Program-made: the position numbers and the translations under genes
Source of the DNA: Eledone cirrhosa
Taxonomy: Eukaryota
NCBI GenBank assembly: GCA_964016885.1
Contig: OZ024742.1
Location: forward strand, 195,052,001 to 195,116,000
Direction of reading: 5' to 3'
DNA: 64,000 nt
Notes under the pieces: generated by a model
The model's database searches: none
Told to the model about the DNA's origin: nothing
What the model saw: the letters and a program-made list of their open reading frames with translations, nothing else
In this document: positions 1-13,642 of the stretch, one piece after another
Numbering within the stretch: the stretch's first letter is position 1
Layout of the letters: every line of letters begins with the position of its first letter

Positions 1-1923
1 ATTTATGCCATACGGTGTTAAGGCAACCACGTCACCTTTTTGTTCAACACTGACACAGGAACGATGTACTAGTTTCAAGCTTGTTAGCTATCATCAGCAC
101 CGTTTACCCATCTGCCAGATAGTTGAACGTTCAAAAGTATATACTTTCCTTATGAAAATTAACGGCTGAGCAGCCTAATTTGCATATTGAGTGAGTTAAA
201 TCGGTCAGGCATACCGAAAACGATAAATTGAAACAAAATGAAAACGAAATTTCATTTCTCACTCTTAGTATGGCACTTACTTAAATGTAAGTATGCATGT
301 ATACGTACATACATACATGTATACAGACGTACAGTAGCATGCACATATATATATATATATACACATATACATACATATGCATACAGGTACACATACATAT
401 ATGCACGTATCAGTTTAGCGGCGCTAACGTCGCTTTGTTCGTTTGTAAACAAACTGAACAGCCTGAATTTATGCCATACGGTGTTAAGGCAACCACGTCA
501 CCTTTTTGTTCAACACTGACACAGGAACGATGTACTAGTTTCAAGCTTGTTAGCTATCATCAGCACCGTTTACCCATCTGCCAGATAGTTGAACGTTCAA
601 AAGTATATACTTTCCTTATGAAAATTAACGGCTGAGCAGCCTAATTTGCATATTGAGTGAGTTAAATCGGTCAGGCATACCGAAAACGATAAATTGAAAC
701 AAAATGAAAACGAAATTTCATTTCTCACTCTTAGTATGGCACTTACTTAAATGTAAGTATGCATGTATACGTACATACATATATGTATACAGACGTACAG
801 TAGCATGCACATATATATATATATATACATATATACATACATATGCATACAGGTACACATACATATATGCACGTATCAGTTTAGCGGCGCTAACGTCGCT
901 TTGTTCGTTTGTAAACAAACTGAACAGCCTGAATTTATGCCATACGGTGTTAAGGCAACCACGTCACCTTTTTGTTCAACACTGACACAGGAACGATGTA
1001 CTAGTTTCAAGCTTGTTAGCTATCATCAGCACCGTTTACCCATCTGCCAGATAGTTGAACGTTCAAAAGTATATACTTTCCTTATGAAAATTAACGGCTG
1101 AGCAGCCTAATTTGCATATTGAGTGAGTTAAATCGGTCAGGCATACCGAAAACGATAAATTGAAACAAAATGAAAACGAAATTTCATTTCTCACTCTTAG
1201 TATGGCACTTACTTAAATGTAAGCATGCATGCATACGTACATACATATATGTATACAGACGTACAGTAGCATGCACATATATATATATATATACATATAT
1301 ACATACATATGCATACAGGTACACATACATATATGCACGTATCAGTTTAGCGGCGCTAACGTCGCTTTGTTCGTTTGTAAACAAACTGAACAGCCTGAAT
1401 TTATGCCATACGGTGTTAAGGCAACCACGTCACCTTTTTGTTCAACACTGACACAGGAACGATGTACTAGTTTCAAGCTTGTTAGCTATCATCAGCACCG
1501 TTTACCCATCTGCCAGATAGTTGAACGTTCAAAAGTATATACTTTCCTTATGAAAATTAACGGCTGAGCAGCCTAATTTGCATATTGAGTGAGTTAAATC
1601 GGTCAGGCATACCGAAAACGATAAATTGAAACAAAATGAAAACGAAATTTCATTTCTCACTCTTAGTATGGCACTTACTTAAATGTAAGTATGCATGTAT
1701 ACGTACATACATACATGTATACAGACGTACAGTAGCATGCACATATATATATATATATACACATATACATACATATGCATACAGGTACACATACATATAT
1801 GCACGTATCAGTTTAGCGGCGCTAACGTCGCTTTGTTCGTTTGTAAACAAACTGAACAGCCTGAATTTATGCCATACGGTGTTAAGGCAACCACGTCACC
1901 TTTTTGTTCAACACTGACACAGG

Positions 1924-1968
1924 AACGATGTACTAGTTTCAAGCTTGTTAGCTATCATCAGCACCGTT
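1924..1968 (-). ncRNA. Same hammerhead on the minus strand in the left palindrome arm (also 1458-1502, 992-1036, 526-570, 60-104)
   Basis: Exact reverse complement of 2602-2646. Confidence 0.88.
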
Positions 1969-2520
1969 TACCCATCTGCCAGATAGTTGAACGTTCAAAA
2001 GTATATACTTTCCTTATGAAAATTAACGGCTGAGCAGCCTAATTTGCATATTGAGTGAGTTAAATCGGTCAGGCATACCGAAAACGATAAATTGAAACAA
2101 AATGAAAACGAAATTTCATTTCTCACTCTTAGTATGGCACTTACTTAAATGTAAGTATGCATGTATACGTACATACATATATGTATACAGACGTACAGTA
2201 GCATGCACATATATATATATATATACATATATACATACATATGCATACAGGTACACATACATATATGCACGTATCAGTTTAGCGGCGCTAAACTGATACG
2301 TGCATATATGTATGTGTACCTGTATGCATATGTATGTATATATGTATATATATATATATATGTGCATGCTACTGTACGTCTGTATACATATATGTATGTA
2401 CGTATACATGCATACTTACATTTAAGTAAGTGCCATACTAAGAGTGAGAAATGAAATTTCGTTTTCATTTTGTTTCAATTTATCGTTTTCGGTATGCCTG
2501 ACCGATTTAACTCACTCAAT

Positions 2521-2528
2521 ATGCAAAT
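2521..2528 (+). promoter_or_regulatory. Octamer motif ATGCAAAT about 80 bp upstream of each satellite hammerhead
   Basis: Perfect octamer once per monomer. Function is inferred by analogy to snRNA-type promoters and newt satellite 2. Confidence 0.4.
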
Positions 2529-2601
2529 TAGGCTGCTCAGCCGTTAATTTTCATAAGGAAAGTATATACTTTTGAACGTTCAACTATCTGGCAGATGGGT
2601 A

Positions 2602-2646
2602 AACGGTGCTGATGATAGCTAACAAGCTTGAAACTAGTACATCGTT
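2602..2646 (+). ncRNA. Minimal type-I hammerhead ribozyme in the satellite monomer (plus-strand copies also start at 3068, 3534, 4000, 4466, 4932, 5398, 5864)
   Basis: AACGGTG-CTGATGA-T-AGCT-AACA-AGCT-T-GAAA-CTAG-TA-CATCGTT. Stem I AACGGUG/CAUCGUU, canonical core CUGAUGA...GAAA, stem II AGCU/AGCU, palindromic stem III ACUAGU, cleavage triplet GUA (cut after 2639). Confidence 0.88.
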
Positions 2647-5600
2647 CCTGTGTCAGTGTTGAACAAAAAGGTGACGTGGTTGCCTTAACACCGTATGGCA
2701 TAAATTCAGGCTGTTCAGTTTGTTTACAAACGAACAAAGCGACGTTAGCGCCGCTAAACTGATACGTGCATATATGTATGTGTACCTGTATGCATATGTA
2801 TGTATATGTGTATATATATATATATATGTGCATGCTACTGTACGTCTGTATACATGTATGTATGTACGTATACATGCATACTTACATTTAAGTAAGTGCC
2901 ATACTAAGAGTGAGAAATGAAATTTCGTTTTCATTTTGTTTCAATTTATCGTTTTCGGTATGCCTGACCGATTTAACTCACTCAATATGCAAATTAGGCT
3001 GCTCAGCCGTTAATTTTCATAAGGAAAGTATATACTTTTGAACGTTCAACTATCTGGCAGATGGGTAAACGGTGCTGATGATAGCTAACAAGCTTGAAAC
3101 TAGTACATCGTTCCTGTGTCAGTGTTGAACAAAAAGGTGACGTGGTTGCCTTAACACCGTATGGCATAAATTCAGGCTGTTCAGTTTGTTTACAAACGAA
3201 CAAAGCGACGTTAGCGCCGCTAAACTGATACGTGCATATATGTATGTGTACCTGTATGCATATGTATGTATATATGTATATATATATATATATGTGCATG
3301 CTACTGTACGTCTGTATACATATATGTATGTACGTATGCATGCATGCTTACATTTAAGTAAGTGCCATACTAAGAGTGAGAAATGAAATTTCGTTTTCAT
3401 TTTGTTTCAATTTATCGTTTTCGGTATGCCTGACCGATTTAACTCACTCAATATGCAAATTAGGCTGCTCAGCCGTTAATTTTCATAAGGAAAGTATATA
3501 CTTTTGAACGTTCAACTATCTGGCAGATGGGTAAACGGTGCTGATGATAGCTAACAAGCTTGAAACTAGTACATCGTTCCTGTGTCAGTGTTGAACAAAA
3601 AGGTGACGTGGTTGCCTTAACACCGTATGGCATAAATTCAGGCTGTTCAGTTTGTTTACAAACGAACAAAGCGACGTTAGCGCCGCTAAACTGATACGTG
3701 CATATATGTATGTGTACCTGTATGCATATGTATGTATATATGTATATATATATATATATGTGCATGCTACTGTACGTCTGTATACATATATGTATGTACG
3801 TATACATGCATACTTACATTTAAGTAAGTGCCATACTAAGAGTGAGAAATGAAATTTCGTTTTCATTTTGTTTCAATTTATCGTTTTCGGTATGCCTGAC
3901 CGATTTAACTCACTCAATATGCAAATTAGGCTGCTCAGCCGTTAATTTTCATAAGGAAAGTATATACTTTTGAACGTTCAACTATCTGGCAGATGGGTAA
4001 ACGGTGCTGATGATAGCTAACAAGCTTGAAACTAGTACATCGTTCCTGTGTCAGTGTTGAACAAAAAGGTGACGTGGTTGCCTTAACACCGTATGGCATA
4101 AATTCAGGCTGTTCAGTTTGTTTACAAACGAACAAAGCGACGTTAGCGCCGCTAAACTGATACGTGCATATATGTATGTGTACCTGTATGCATATGTATG
4201 TATATGTGTATATATATATATATATGTGCATGCTACTGTACGTCTGTATACATGTATGTATGTACGTATACATGCATACTTACATTTAAGTAAGTGCCAT
4301 ACTAAGAGTGAGAAATGAAATTTCGTTTTCATTTTGTTTCAATTTATCGTTTTCGGTATGCCTGACCGATTTAACTCACTCAATATGCAAATTAGGCTGC
4401 TCAGCCGTTAATTTTCATAAGGAAAGTATATACTTTTGAACGTTCAACTATCTGGCAGATGGGTAAACGGTGCTGATGATAGCTAACAAGCTTGAAACTA
4501 GTACATCGTTCCTGTGTCAGTGTTGAACAAAAAGGTGACGTGGTTGCCTTAACACCGTATGGCATAAATTCAGGCTGTTCAGTTTGTTTACAAACGAACA
4601 AAGCGACGTTAGCGCCGCTAAACTGATACGTGCATATATGTATGTGTACCTGTATGCATATGTATGTATATATGTATATATATATATATATGTGCATGCT
4701 ACTGTACGTCTGTATACATATATGTATGTACGTATGCATGCATGCTTACATTTAAGTAAGTGCCATACTAAGAGTGAGAAATGAAATTTCGTTTTCATTT
4801 TGTTTCAATTTATCGTTTTCGGTATGCCTGACCGATTTAACTCACTCAATATGCAAATTAGGCTGCTCAGCCGTTAATTTTCATAAGGAAAGTATATACT
4901 TTTGAACGTTCAACTATCTGGCAGATGGGTAAACGGTGCTGATGATAGCTAACAAGCTTGAAACTAGTACATCGTTCCTGTGTCAGTGTTGAACAAAAAG
5001 GTGACGTGGTTGCCTTAACACCGTATGGCATAAATTCAGGCTGTTCAGTTTGTTTACAAACGAACAAAGCGACGTTAGCGCCGCTAAACTGATACGTGCA
5101 TATATGTATGTGTACCTGTATGCATATGTATGTATATATGTATATATATATATATATGTGCATGCTACTGTACGTCTGTATACATATATGTATGTACGTA
5201 TACATGCATACTTACATTTAAGTAAGTGCCATACTAAGAGTGAGAAATGAAATTTCGTTTTCATTTTGTTTCAATTTATCGTTTTCGGTATGCCTGACCG
5301 ATTTAACTCACTCAATATGCAAATTAGGCTGCTCAGCCGTTAATTTTCATAAGGAAAGTATATACTTTTGAACGTTCAACTATCTGGCAGATGGGTAAAC
5401 GGTGCTGATGATAGCTAACAAGCTTGAAACTAGTACATCGTTCCTGTGTCAGTGTTGAACAAAAAGGTGACGTGGTTGCCTTAACACCGTATGGCATAAA
5501 TTCAGGCTGTTCAGTTTGTTTACAAACGAACAAAGCGACGTTAGCGCCGCTAAACTGATACGTGCATATATGTATGTGTACCTGTATGCATATGTATGTA

Positions 5601-6398
5601 TATGTGTATATATATATATATATGTGCATGCTACTGTACGTCTGTATACATGTATGTATGTACGTATACATGCATACTTACATTTAAGTAAGTGCCATAC
5701 TAAGAGTGAGAAATGAAATTTCGTTTTCATTTTGTTTCAATTTATCGTTTTCGGTATGCCTGACCGATTTAACTCACTCAATATGCAAATTAGGCTGCTC
5801 AGCCGTTAATTTTCATAAGGAAAGTATATACTTTTGAACGTTCAACTATCTGGCAGATGGGTAAACGGTGCTGATGATAGCTAACAAGCTTGAAACTAGT
5901 ACATCGTTCCTGTGTCAGTGTTGAACAAAAAGGTGACGTGGTTGCCTTAACACCGTATGGCATAAATTCAGGCTGTTCAGTTTGTTTACAAACGAACAAA
6001 GCGACGTTAGCGCCGCTAAACTGATACGTGCATATATGTATGTGTACCTGTATGCATATGTATGTATATATGTATATATATATATATATGTGCATGCTAC
6101 TGTACGTCTGTATACATATATGTATGTACGTATGCATGCATGCTTACATTTAAGTAAGTGCCATACTAAGAGTGAGAAATGAAATTTCGTTTTCATTTTG
6201 TTTCAATTTATATATATATATATATGTCCTTAAAACATTTTCAGCTGTTTTCATATTCCATTTCATTCAGGTACTGGACATGTATGTATGTTGTTTATGT
6301 TACGTCGCGTTTGAGCGCTACTGGTAACAGTGTAGCCCAGAACAATCTGTCAAATAATTGGATCGCTGACGACGAGACTGGTAACACAACCAAGCTTG

Positions 6399-7929
6399 GT
6401 TCATTTAACAGTTATCCTATACTACGAGCTGTCTCACCTATGTACACTATATTCTTATCTTTACATTGTCCTTCAGTACATCTTATGCTGTATACTATGT
6501 TTCTAGTTTTACAGTTAATATGGGGGCTTAGTTTACAGATTATGCATTTCTTATCTATACAGGGAGGTCTTTGAAAAGGGTATGTATTACTAATAACTGT
6601 TTTTATGGAGGTACCTGGTCTTTCTACTATCTTAATATTAAGTTTAAGTTTATCTAGGGCCCTTCTAAATGTGTAATTTAATTCACCTCTAGGGGTTGTA
6701 TTGATGAACATTACACTCTGGTATTTATTGCTTTCAAACCATGAGTTTATTCTATTAACCTTATTCCTAGTTCTTTCTATTCTATTCCAAAATGTCCTCC
6801 TATACAAGGGGCAGGTCCCATTTGTATCATTATTTACCATTTTTTACATTTGGTTCTGGCTTCTCCATATACTCTGATTTTATCTCTCTGATTGTAACCA
6901 GAGAACTGCATACGGTGGATGAAGTGTTGTATGTGTCTCTCTAGTTCTTTGGGGTTGCACATGCGGGACACGTTTCTCATCACCCGTACCAAATCCGCAA
7001 TCAGTATGTTGATTTTGGTGTGATCAGCTGAGTTTCGGTGGATCACATATTTGGAAGTCATGGGTTTGGCATAATGGGAATGGAGGATTTGGTTTTTGTT
7101 ATTATTGGTTTCTAACCAGAGCTCTGTGTCTAGTACAGGTAATTGATGGTTGGAGTGTTTGCTTGGGTAGTCTATAGTAACGCTAATACTCTGGTGGATG
7201 GAGTTAGCTATTTGCTGGATGCTTTCCATGGTGTTTTTATCTAATTCCTGACTGTTCTCTTGTGGGGGTGTTTTTACTACGATGTTTATATCATATAAAC
7301 AACGTAGCGAGAGTACATTATCAGGGTTAGGAGGTTGCTGTCTTCCAATTATTATTTAAGTTTATTGTTCCACCATACCATGAATAGGTTAGCTATGTCA
7401 CCTGCAATGCTAACACCAATTGCTGCTCCCTCCTCTTATGCAGATGTTTTTTCATAAAAATTTGAACATATATTCCTTAAGGGTTAGTTTTATACTGGTC
7501 CCCACAGCATGTGTAATCATTTTCTTTAGTTTATCGTGGTTTTCGCGGGTCCGTATGGCTCTGCGTCACCCGTTCCATCTATCTGTGTAGGTTTTCTTGG
7601 ACATTGAGGTAATGGAAGGTGGTCTGCCTCTTGCTGGTCTTGTGGGGCAGAGATTTCTAAGGTCATACGTATCTAGATAATCATTACTATAAGTAAGTTT
7701 AAGTAGGAGTCCCAGCTCACTGGTATCAATCCCACGGAATTCAACATTGCTCTCACTGATCATTTCTACGGATTTCTCCACAGCAAAATCCACGTCAATG
7801 GATGGATATAGGGACACAACATCCATACTACCTATTATACAGTCTGTTAGGTCCCTAGATCGGTTATTTTCGCTGATTCTGCTGAGGAGGTCCTCGGTGC
7901 TCTCACATATATCTAGTATAGCTAGATCT
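6399..7929 (-). mobile_element. Degenerate Penelope-like element 1: RT plus GIY-YIG endonuclease, frameshifted
   Basis: MDVVSLYPSIDV (RT motif A, 7566-7826), GAAIGVSIAGDIANLFM (motif B', about 7380-7430), LPVLDTELW...HYAKPMTS (6834-7229), CKTRNIVYSIRC...YIGETARS (GIY-YIG, 6412-6840). Confidence 0.85.
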
Positions 7930-8579
7930 AAAGACCTCCCTGTATAGATAAGAAATGCATAATCTGTAAACTAAGCCACCATATTAACTGTAAAACTAGA
8001 AACATAGTATATAGCATAAGCTGAAGGACAATGTAAAGATAAGAACATAGTGTACATAGGTGAGACAGCTCGTAGTATAGGAGAACTGTTAAATGAACAC
8101 TGGCGAGAGCTTCAAGATAGAAAAGAATCATCAATACTCCACCAACATGAACATAAGGGCAAATTAGAGAACATAGAAATAAAAATAAAATCTACACAGA
8201 GAAAAGACGCAATGTTTAGACAAATCACAGAGGCAATAAACATAAATGAACTCCAACCAAAATTAAATAGAAAACATGAATGGAACAGCAACATCACAAC
8301 TTACAATTAAGGACAAAATGAAAACACACGCACATAGAACAAACAACCAACCAGTCCAGTAACATGTAAATAAACAATTAAATAAACAAATAAAAATACA
8401 CACAGACACCCGGATGTAACACATGCGCAAACTAACCACACAACACACACAAAAACAAGATGGCGTAGGACAGAACAAAGAAAATAATCCCCAATTTTTT
8501 TTTTTTTTTATTTATAATAAATTGGAGTGAAACGCTGGTGAGTGTGTTTCTTATTGGCAACATGATCCTCCCAAAGTAT

Positions 8580-8585
<6 letters not shown>
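7930..8585 (+). mobile_element. Inverted 3' copy (pseudo-LTR) of PLE 1 with the GIY-YIG C-terminus
   Basis: 7930-8098 is the reverse complement of 6399-6572. ORF 8050-8310 reads YIGETARSIGELLNEHW...RQITEAININELQPKLNRKHEW. Followed by (TA)n. Confidence 0.8.
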
Positions 8586-8623
<38 letters not shown>

Positions 8624-8640
8624 TAGACTTGGTTCTCTGA

Positions 8641-8715
<75 letters not shown>

Positions 8716-9003
8716 ATTATGTAATAAACAACATAAGGCAATTATTCCATTTACCAGTGGTTTCTTAAAAGCAAAAGGTTTTGCTTTCAATCCTCAGAAT
8801 GAAAAATCCTGGTTTGTTTATTAAATATGGATTCTAAAAACAAAAATGCAATCTATATGAAAGTGAGGCTGGAAAAGGGAGAAGGAAAGGAAAAATAAAT
8901 TAAAACTACACATGCAAACACACACAAAAAAACACAAAAGCATACTTACACCCACATACATATATACACATATATATAAATGCACGCATACACATATACA
9001 TAT

Positions 9004-9034
<31 letters not shown>

Positions 9035-9126
9035 AAGAGCGTACACCTACACACACATACACATATATACACACATATACACATACATATATTCATACAT
9101 ACACACACACACACACACATATATAT

Positions 9127-9161
<35 letters not shown>

Positions 9162-9644
9162 TATATATACACATGTACATATCCATACATATATATATAT
9201 ACATACATATATACATATACACACATATACATACACACACACACACACACACACATGTGTGTGTACAAGCATACACATACACACACACATATATATATAC
9301 ACACACATATACATACATTCACACAAACATACAACGTACATACATACACATACATGAATGCACTCCACTACATATTAACACACGCAAATAAATATAAGAA
9401 CAAATATATAAATATATATTAACAAATTTTTGACAGCGATACATGCCCCAGCTAACAGGACAGACACGCGTGGTAAGTAATACACACATAAGTACATAAA
9501 CTTACGTTCGAAATAGTAAACACATACACACACTCTCACACATAAATATACATATACAAATACATAAACACGTACATACACATACATACACAAACACGTA
9601 CACGTATACAATATAAACACACACATGTATATGTAATTATATAT

Positions 9645-9713
<69 letters not shown>

Positions 9714-10297
9714 CAAAAATATAAAAATATAAACGCACACACACATATAAATACGTAAACACACATATACATACATAGCTAAACAATTATACACATGCAA
9801 ATACGTATATATCAAAAGAACGCACAACCAAATACAAGCACACACATATACACACACACACACCCACACACAAACCCACACATACATAAAAATAAATAAA
9901 TACACACGCACACATATACATACATACACATACATATACATATATACATATACATATACATATACATATATACACATATATATATAAATATATATATATA
10001 TACACACATACACGTACACATACACACATGCATACACATACACACACACATATACATGTGTGTATGTGTAAAGCTCAGTATTAGATAAGACAAATGAACC
10101 TTACATAAACGTATATATAGTAGTAAAGTAATAAAGCCATACAAGGCAATTAATCCATTCACCAGAGGTTTCTTAAAAGCAAAAAAAGTTTCCTTCAATC
10201 TTCAGAATGAAAAAAAGGCCTGGTTTATCCACATATACATACATATACACACACAAATATACAAATATATAAGCACATACAGACACGCACACACACA

Positions 10298-10331
<34 letters not shown>

Positions 10332-10625
10332 CAGACATATATACATACATATATATACACATACATATATATACATACATACATACATATATATATATAC
10401 ATACACAAACATATACGTACACATATACATATATACACACAAAAATACATACACATACACATAGGTATGTGAAGGGCAAAACAAAAAGAATATATAGGGG
10501 GGGGCTAAGAGGAGGTAACAATATAAGGGGAGGTAAGGGAGAAAACAATTTTAAATATACAAGAGTACAGAAGGTAGAAGCAGCAAAATAAAAACCGTAG
10601 CAAAAGTAAAGAGCAGAGAAGGAGT

Positions 10626-11447
10626 TCAAGGCGGTTGATTTATCGTAGGAGTGTCAATCCAGTTACAGATCAGATGCGATTTCAGATGAGGACAGCATCT
10701 GAAGATCTCAGTCTTAGAGTTAAGGCAAGCGGAAGTGTCTCTCAAGTTTAGCAAAATCCTATACTTTTCTGTGGTACACAAAGAACAATTCTTTGTGCCC
10801 CTTTGGTACTCCCTCGAATGGTCTAATATAGACCAATCAATAGAGTACGGGATATTACTATCCTTGAGATCCCATACCTTACTTGCGAGGGCCGTTGATG
10901 TTCGTTTATCTGAGTGTTTAAAAGAAGCGACATGTGAGTAAAATCTGGTTTTAAACCTGTCCTGGGTTATACCGACATATCGCTCGCTTCTGGCTGGCTG
11001 GTTGTTGATAACTGGCGTTATTTTAGCCTCATAAACGACAGATTTTGTGTTACATTTACCCTGCAATGGGCATTCATCCGGCTTCCTGCAACTGCATCCT
11101 GGATTTATCCTCGTACGGTTTGAACTGGTGATTTTGGACTTCATGGATGGGCAACAAGAGTAGCTGATCTTAACTACATTCCTATTAAAAATCTTATAAT
11201 ATCTATGAATAGGAGGAAAATGTTTGTCTAATAGTTCAAGGAATTTCCTTCCTACATTAGTTTTGACATTTAGAGAGAAGGGGGGTGTGAACCAAATAAT
11301 CTTCCTTTTCCTGTTATTATGGTTAGTTTTAGGGGGGGGGGGGGGAGTAGGTAAATAAGAAATATTTTCTGTAAAACCGCTGTTCTTAAGGGCTTTATTA
11401 TAATAAGGGGCGGCTTTATTAAAAATGTCTATAGACGAAGATAAGGT
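10626..11447 (-). pseudogene. PLE 2 C-terminal ORF fragment (RT thumb end, linker, GIY-YIG endonuclease)
   Basis: FNKAAPYYNKALKNSGF...RKRKIIWFTPPFSLNVKTNVG...CSCRKPDECPLQGKC...VVYEAKI...YVGITQDRFKTRFYSH...CSLCTTEK...LNSKTEIFRCCPH; 5'-truncated. Confidence 0.85.
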
Positions 11448-11448
11448 A

Positions 11449-12021
11449 TATAAGATTTTTAATAGGAATGTAGTTAAGATCAGCTACTCTTGTTGCCCAT
11501 CCATGAAGTCCAAAATCACCAGTTCAAACCGTACGATGATAAATCCAGGATGCAGTTGCAGGAAGCCGGATGAATGCCCATTGCAGGGTAAATGTAACAC
11601 AAAATCTGTCGTTTATGAGGCTAAAATAACGCCAGTTATCAACAACCAGCCAGCCAGAAGCGAGCGATATGTCGGTATGACCCAGGACAGGTTTAAAACC
11701 AGATTTTACTCACATGTCGCTTCTTTTAAACACTCAGATAAACGAACATCAACGGCCCTCGCAAGTAAGGTATGGGATCTCAAGGATAGTAATATCCCGT
11801 ACTCTATTGATTGGTCTATATTAGACCATTCGAGGGAGTACCAAAGGGGCACAAAGAATTGTTCTTTGTGTACCACAGAAAAGTATAGGATTTTGCTAAA
11901 CTTGAGAGACACTTCCGCTTGCCTTAACTCTAAGACTGAGATCTTCAGATGCTGTCCTCATCTGAAATCGCATCTGATCTGTAACTGGATTGACACTCCT
12001 ACGATAAATCAACCGCCTTGA
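11449..12021 (+). pseudogene. Inverted second copy of the PLE 2 GIY-YIG endonuclease region
   Basis: ORF 11425-12021 is nearly identical to 10626-11144 (two amino-acid changes in the shared part). Confidence 0.85.
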
Positions 12022-12318
12022 ACTCCTTCTCTGCTCTTTACTTTTGCTACGGTTTTTATTTTGCTGCTTCTACCTTCTGTACTCTTGTATATTTAAAATG
12101 TTTTTCTCCCTTACCTCCCCTTATATTTTTACCTCCTCTTAGCCCCCCCCCCCCATATATTCTTTTTGTTTTGCCCTTCACATACCTATGTGTATGTGTA
12201 TGTATTTTTGTGCGTATATATGTATATGTGTACGTATATGTTTGTGTATGTATATATATATATGTATGTATGTATGTATATATATGTATGTGTATATATA
12301 TGTATGTATATATGTCTG

Positions 12319-12354
<36 letters not shown>

Positions 12355-12442
12355 TATGTGTGTGTGCGTGTCTGTATGTGCGTATATATTTGTATATTTG
12401 TGTGTGTATATGTATGTATATGTGGATAAACCAGGCCTTTTT

Positions 12443-12500
12443 TTCATTCTGAAGATTGAAGGAAACTTTTTTTGCTTTTAAGAAACCTCTGGTGAATGGA
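12443..12500 (+). ncRNA. Second, degenerate hammerhead of PLE 2 (mirror 10154-10211, minus)
   Basis: CTGAAGA...GAAA-CCTCTGG-TG-AATGG; paralogue of 13843-13901 with a GUG site and a damaged stem II. Confidence 0.6.
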
Positions 12501-12942
12501 TTAATTGCCTTGTATGGCTTTATTACTTTACTACTATATATACGTTTATGTAAGGTTCATTTGTCTTATCTAATACTGAGCTTTACACATACACACATGT
12601 ATATGTGTGTGTGTATGTGTATGCATGTGTGTATGTGTACGTGTATGTGTGTATATATATATATATTTATATATATATGTGTATATATGTATATGTATAT
12701 GTATATATGTATATATGTATATGTATGTGTATGTATGTATATGTGTGCGTGTGTATTTATTTATTTTTATGTATGTGTGGGTTTGTGTGTGGGTGTGTGT
12801 GTGTGTATATGTGTGTGCTTGTATTTGGTTGTGCGTTCTTTTGATATATACGTATTTGCATGTGTATAATTGTTTAGCTATGTATGTATATGTGTGTTTA
12901 CGTATTTATATGTGTGTGTGCGTTTATATTTTTATATTTTTG

Positions 12943-13019
<77 letters not shown>

Positions 13020-13488
13020 ATATAATTACATATACATGTGTGTGTTTATATTGTATACGTGTACGTGTTTGTGTATGTATGTGTATGTACGTGTTTATGT
13101 ATTTGTATATGTATATTTATGTGTGAGAGTGTGTGTATGTGTTTACTATTTCGAACGTATGTATATGTGCTTATGTGTGTATTACTTACCACGCGTGTCT
13201 GTCCTGTTAGCTGGGGCATGTATCGCTGTCAAAAATTTGTTAATATATATTTATATATTTGTTCTTATATTTATTTGCGTGTGTTAATATGTAGTGGAGT
13301 GCATTCATGTATGTGTATGTATGTACGTTGTATGTTTGTGTGAATGTATGTATGTGTGTGTATATATATGTGTGTGTGTATGTGTATGCTTGTACACACA
13401 CATGTGTGTGTGTGTGTATGTATATGTGTGTATATGTATATATGTATGTATATATATATATGTATGGATATGTACATGTGTATATATA

Positions 13489-13552
<64 letters not shown>

Positions 13553-13610
13553 AATATATGTATGTGTATATGTGTGTATATATGTGTATGTGTGTGTAGG
13601 TGTACGCTCT

Positions 13611-13642
<32 letters not shown>

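Larger units (their letters stand above)
1..6211. repeat. 466-bp tandem satellite (about 13 monomers) with a 1398-bp trimeric higher-order repeat, inverted at nt 2285
   Basis: Near-identical ORFs recur every 466 bp (238, 704, 1170, 1636, 2102; mirrored 2653...5915). Three monomer variants cycle A-B-C. The array ends at TTTCAATTTAT (6211) in a (TA)n tract; its left end is outside the window. Confidence 0.97.

Noticed and set aside
238-6196. 93-, 66- and 112-aa ORFs repeated in the satellite
   Set aside because: They run through TA/CA microsatellite in overlapping frames on both strands and show no domain signature.
1-6211. CRISPR-like or tRNA/5S/snRNA gene array
   Set aside because: No unique spacers; no cloverleaf, box A/B, or recognisable 5S or U-snRNA sequence.
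6360-6398. CTGACGA...GACTGG-loop-CCA hammerhead-like start
   Set aside because: Truncated before any GAAA or stem III by the junction with PLE 1.
8821-10484. Long YI/CV/HT-rich ORFs (also throughout 12-14, 19-23, 44-47 and 53-58 kb)
   Set aside because: Translations of dinucleotide repeats that lack stop codons.
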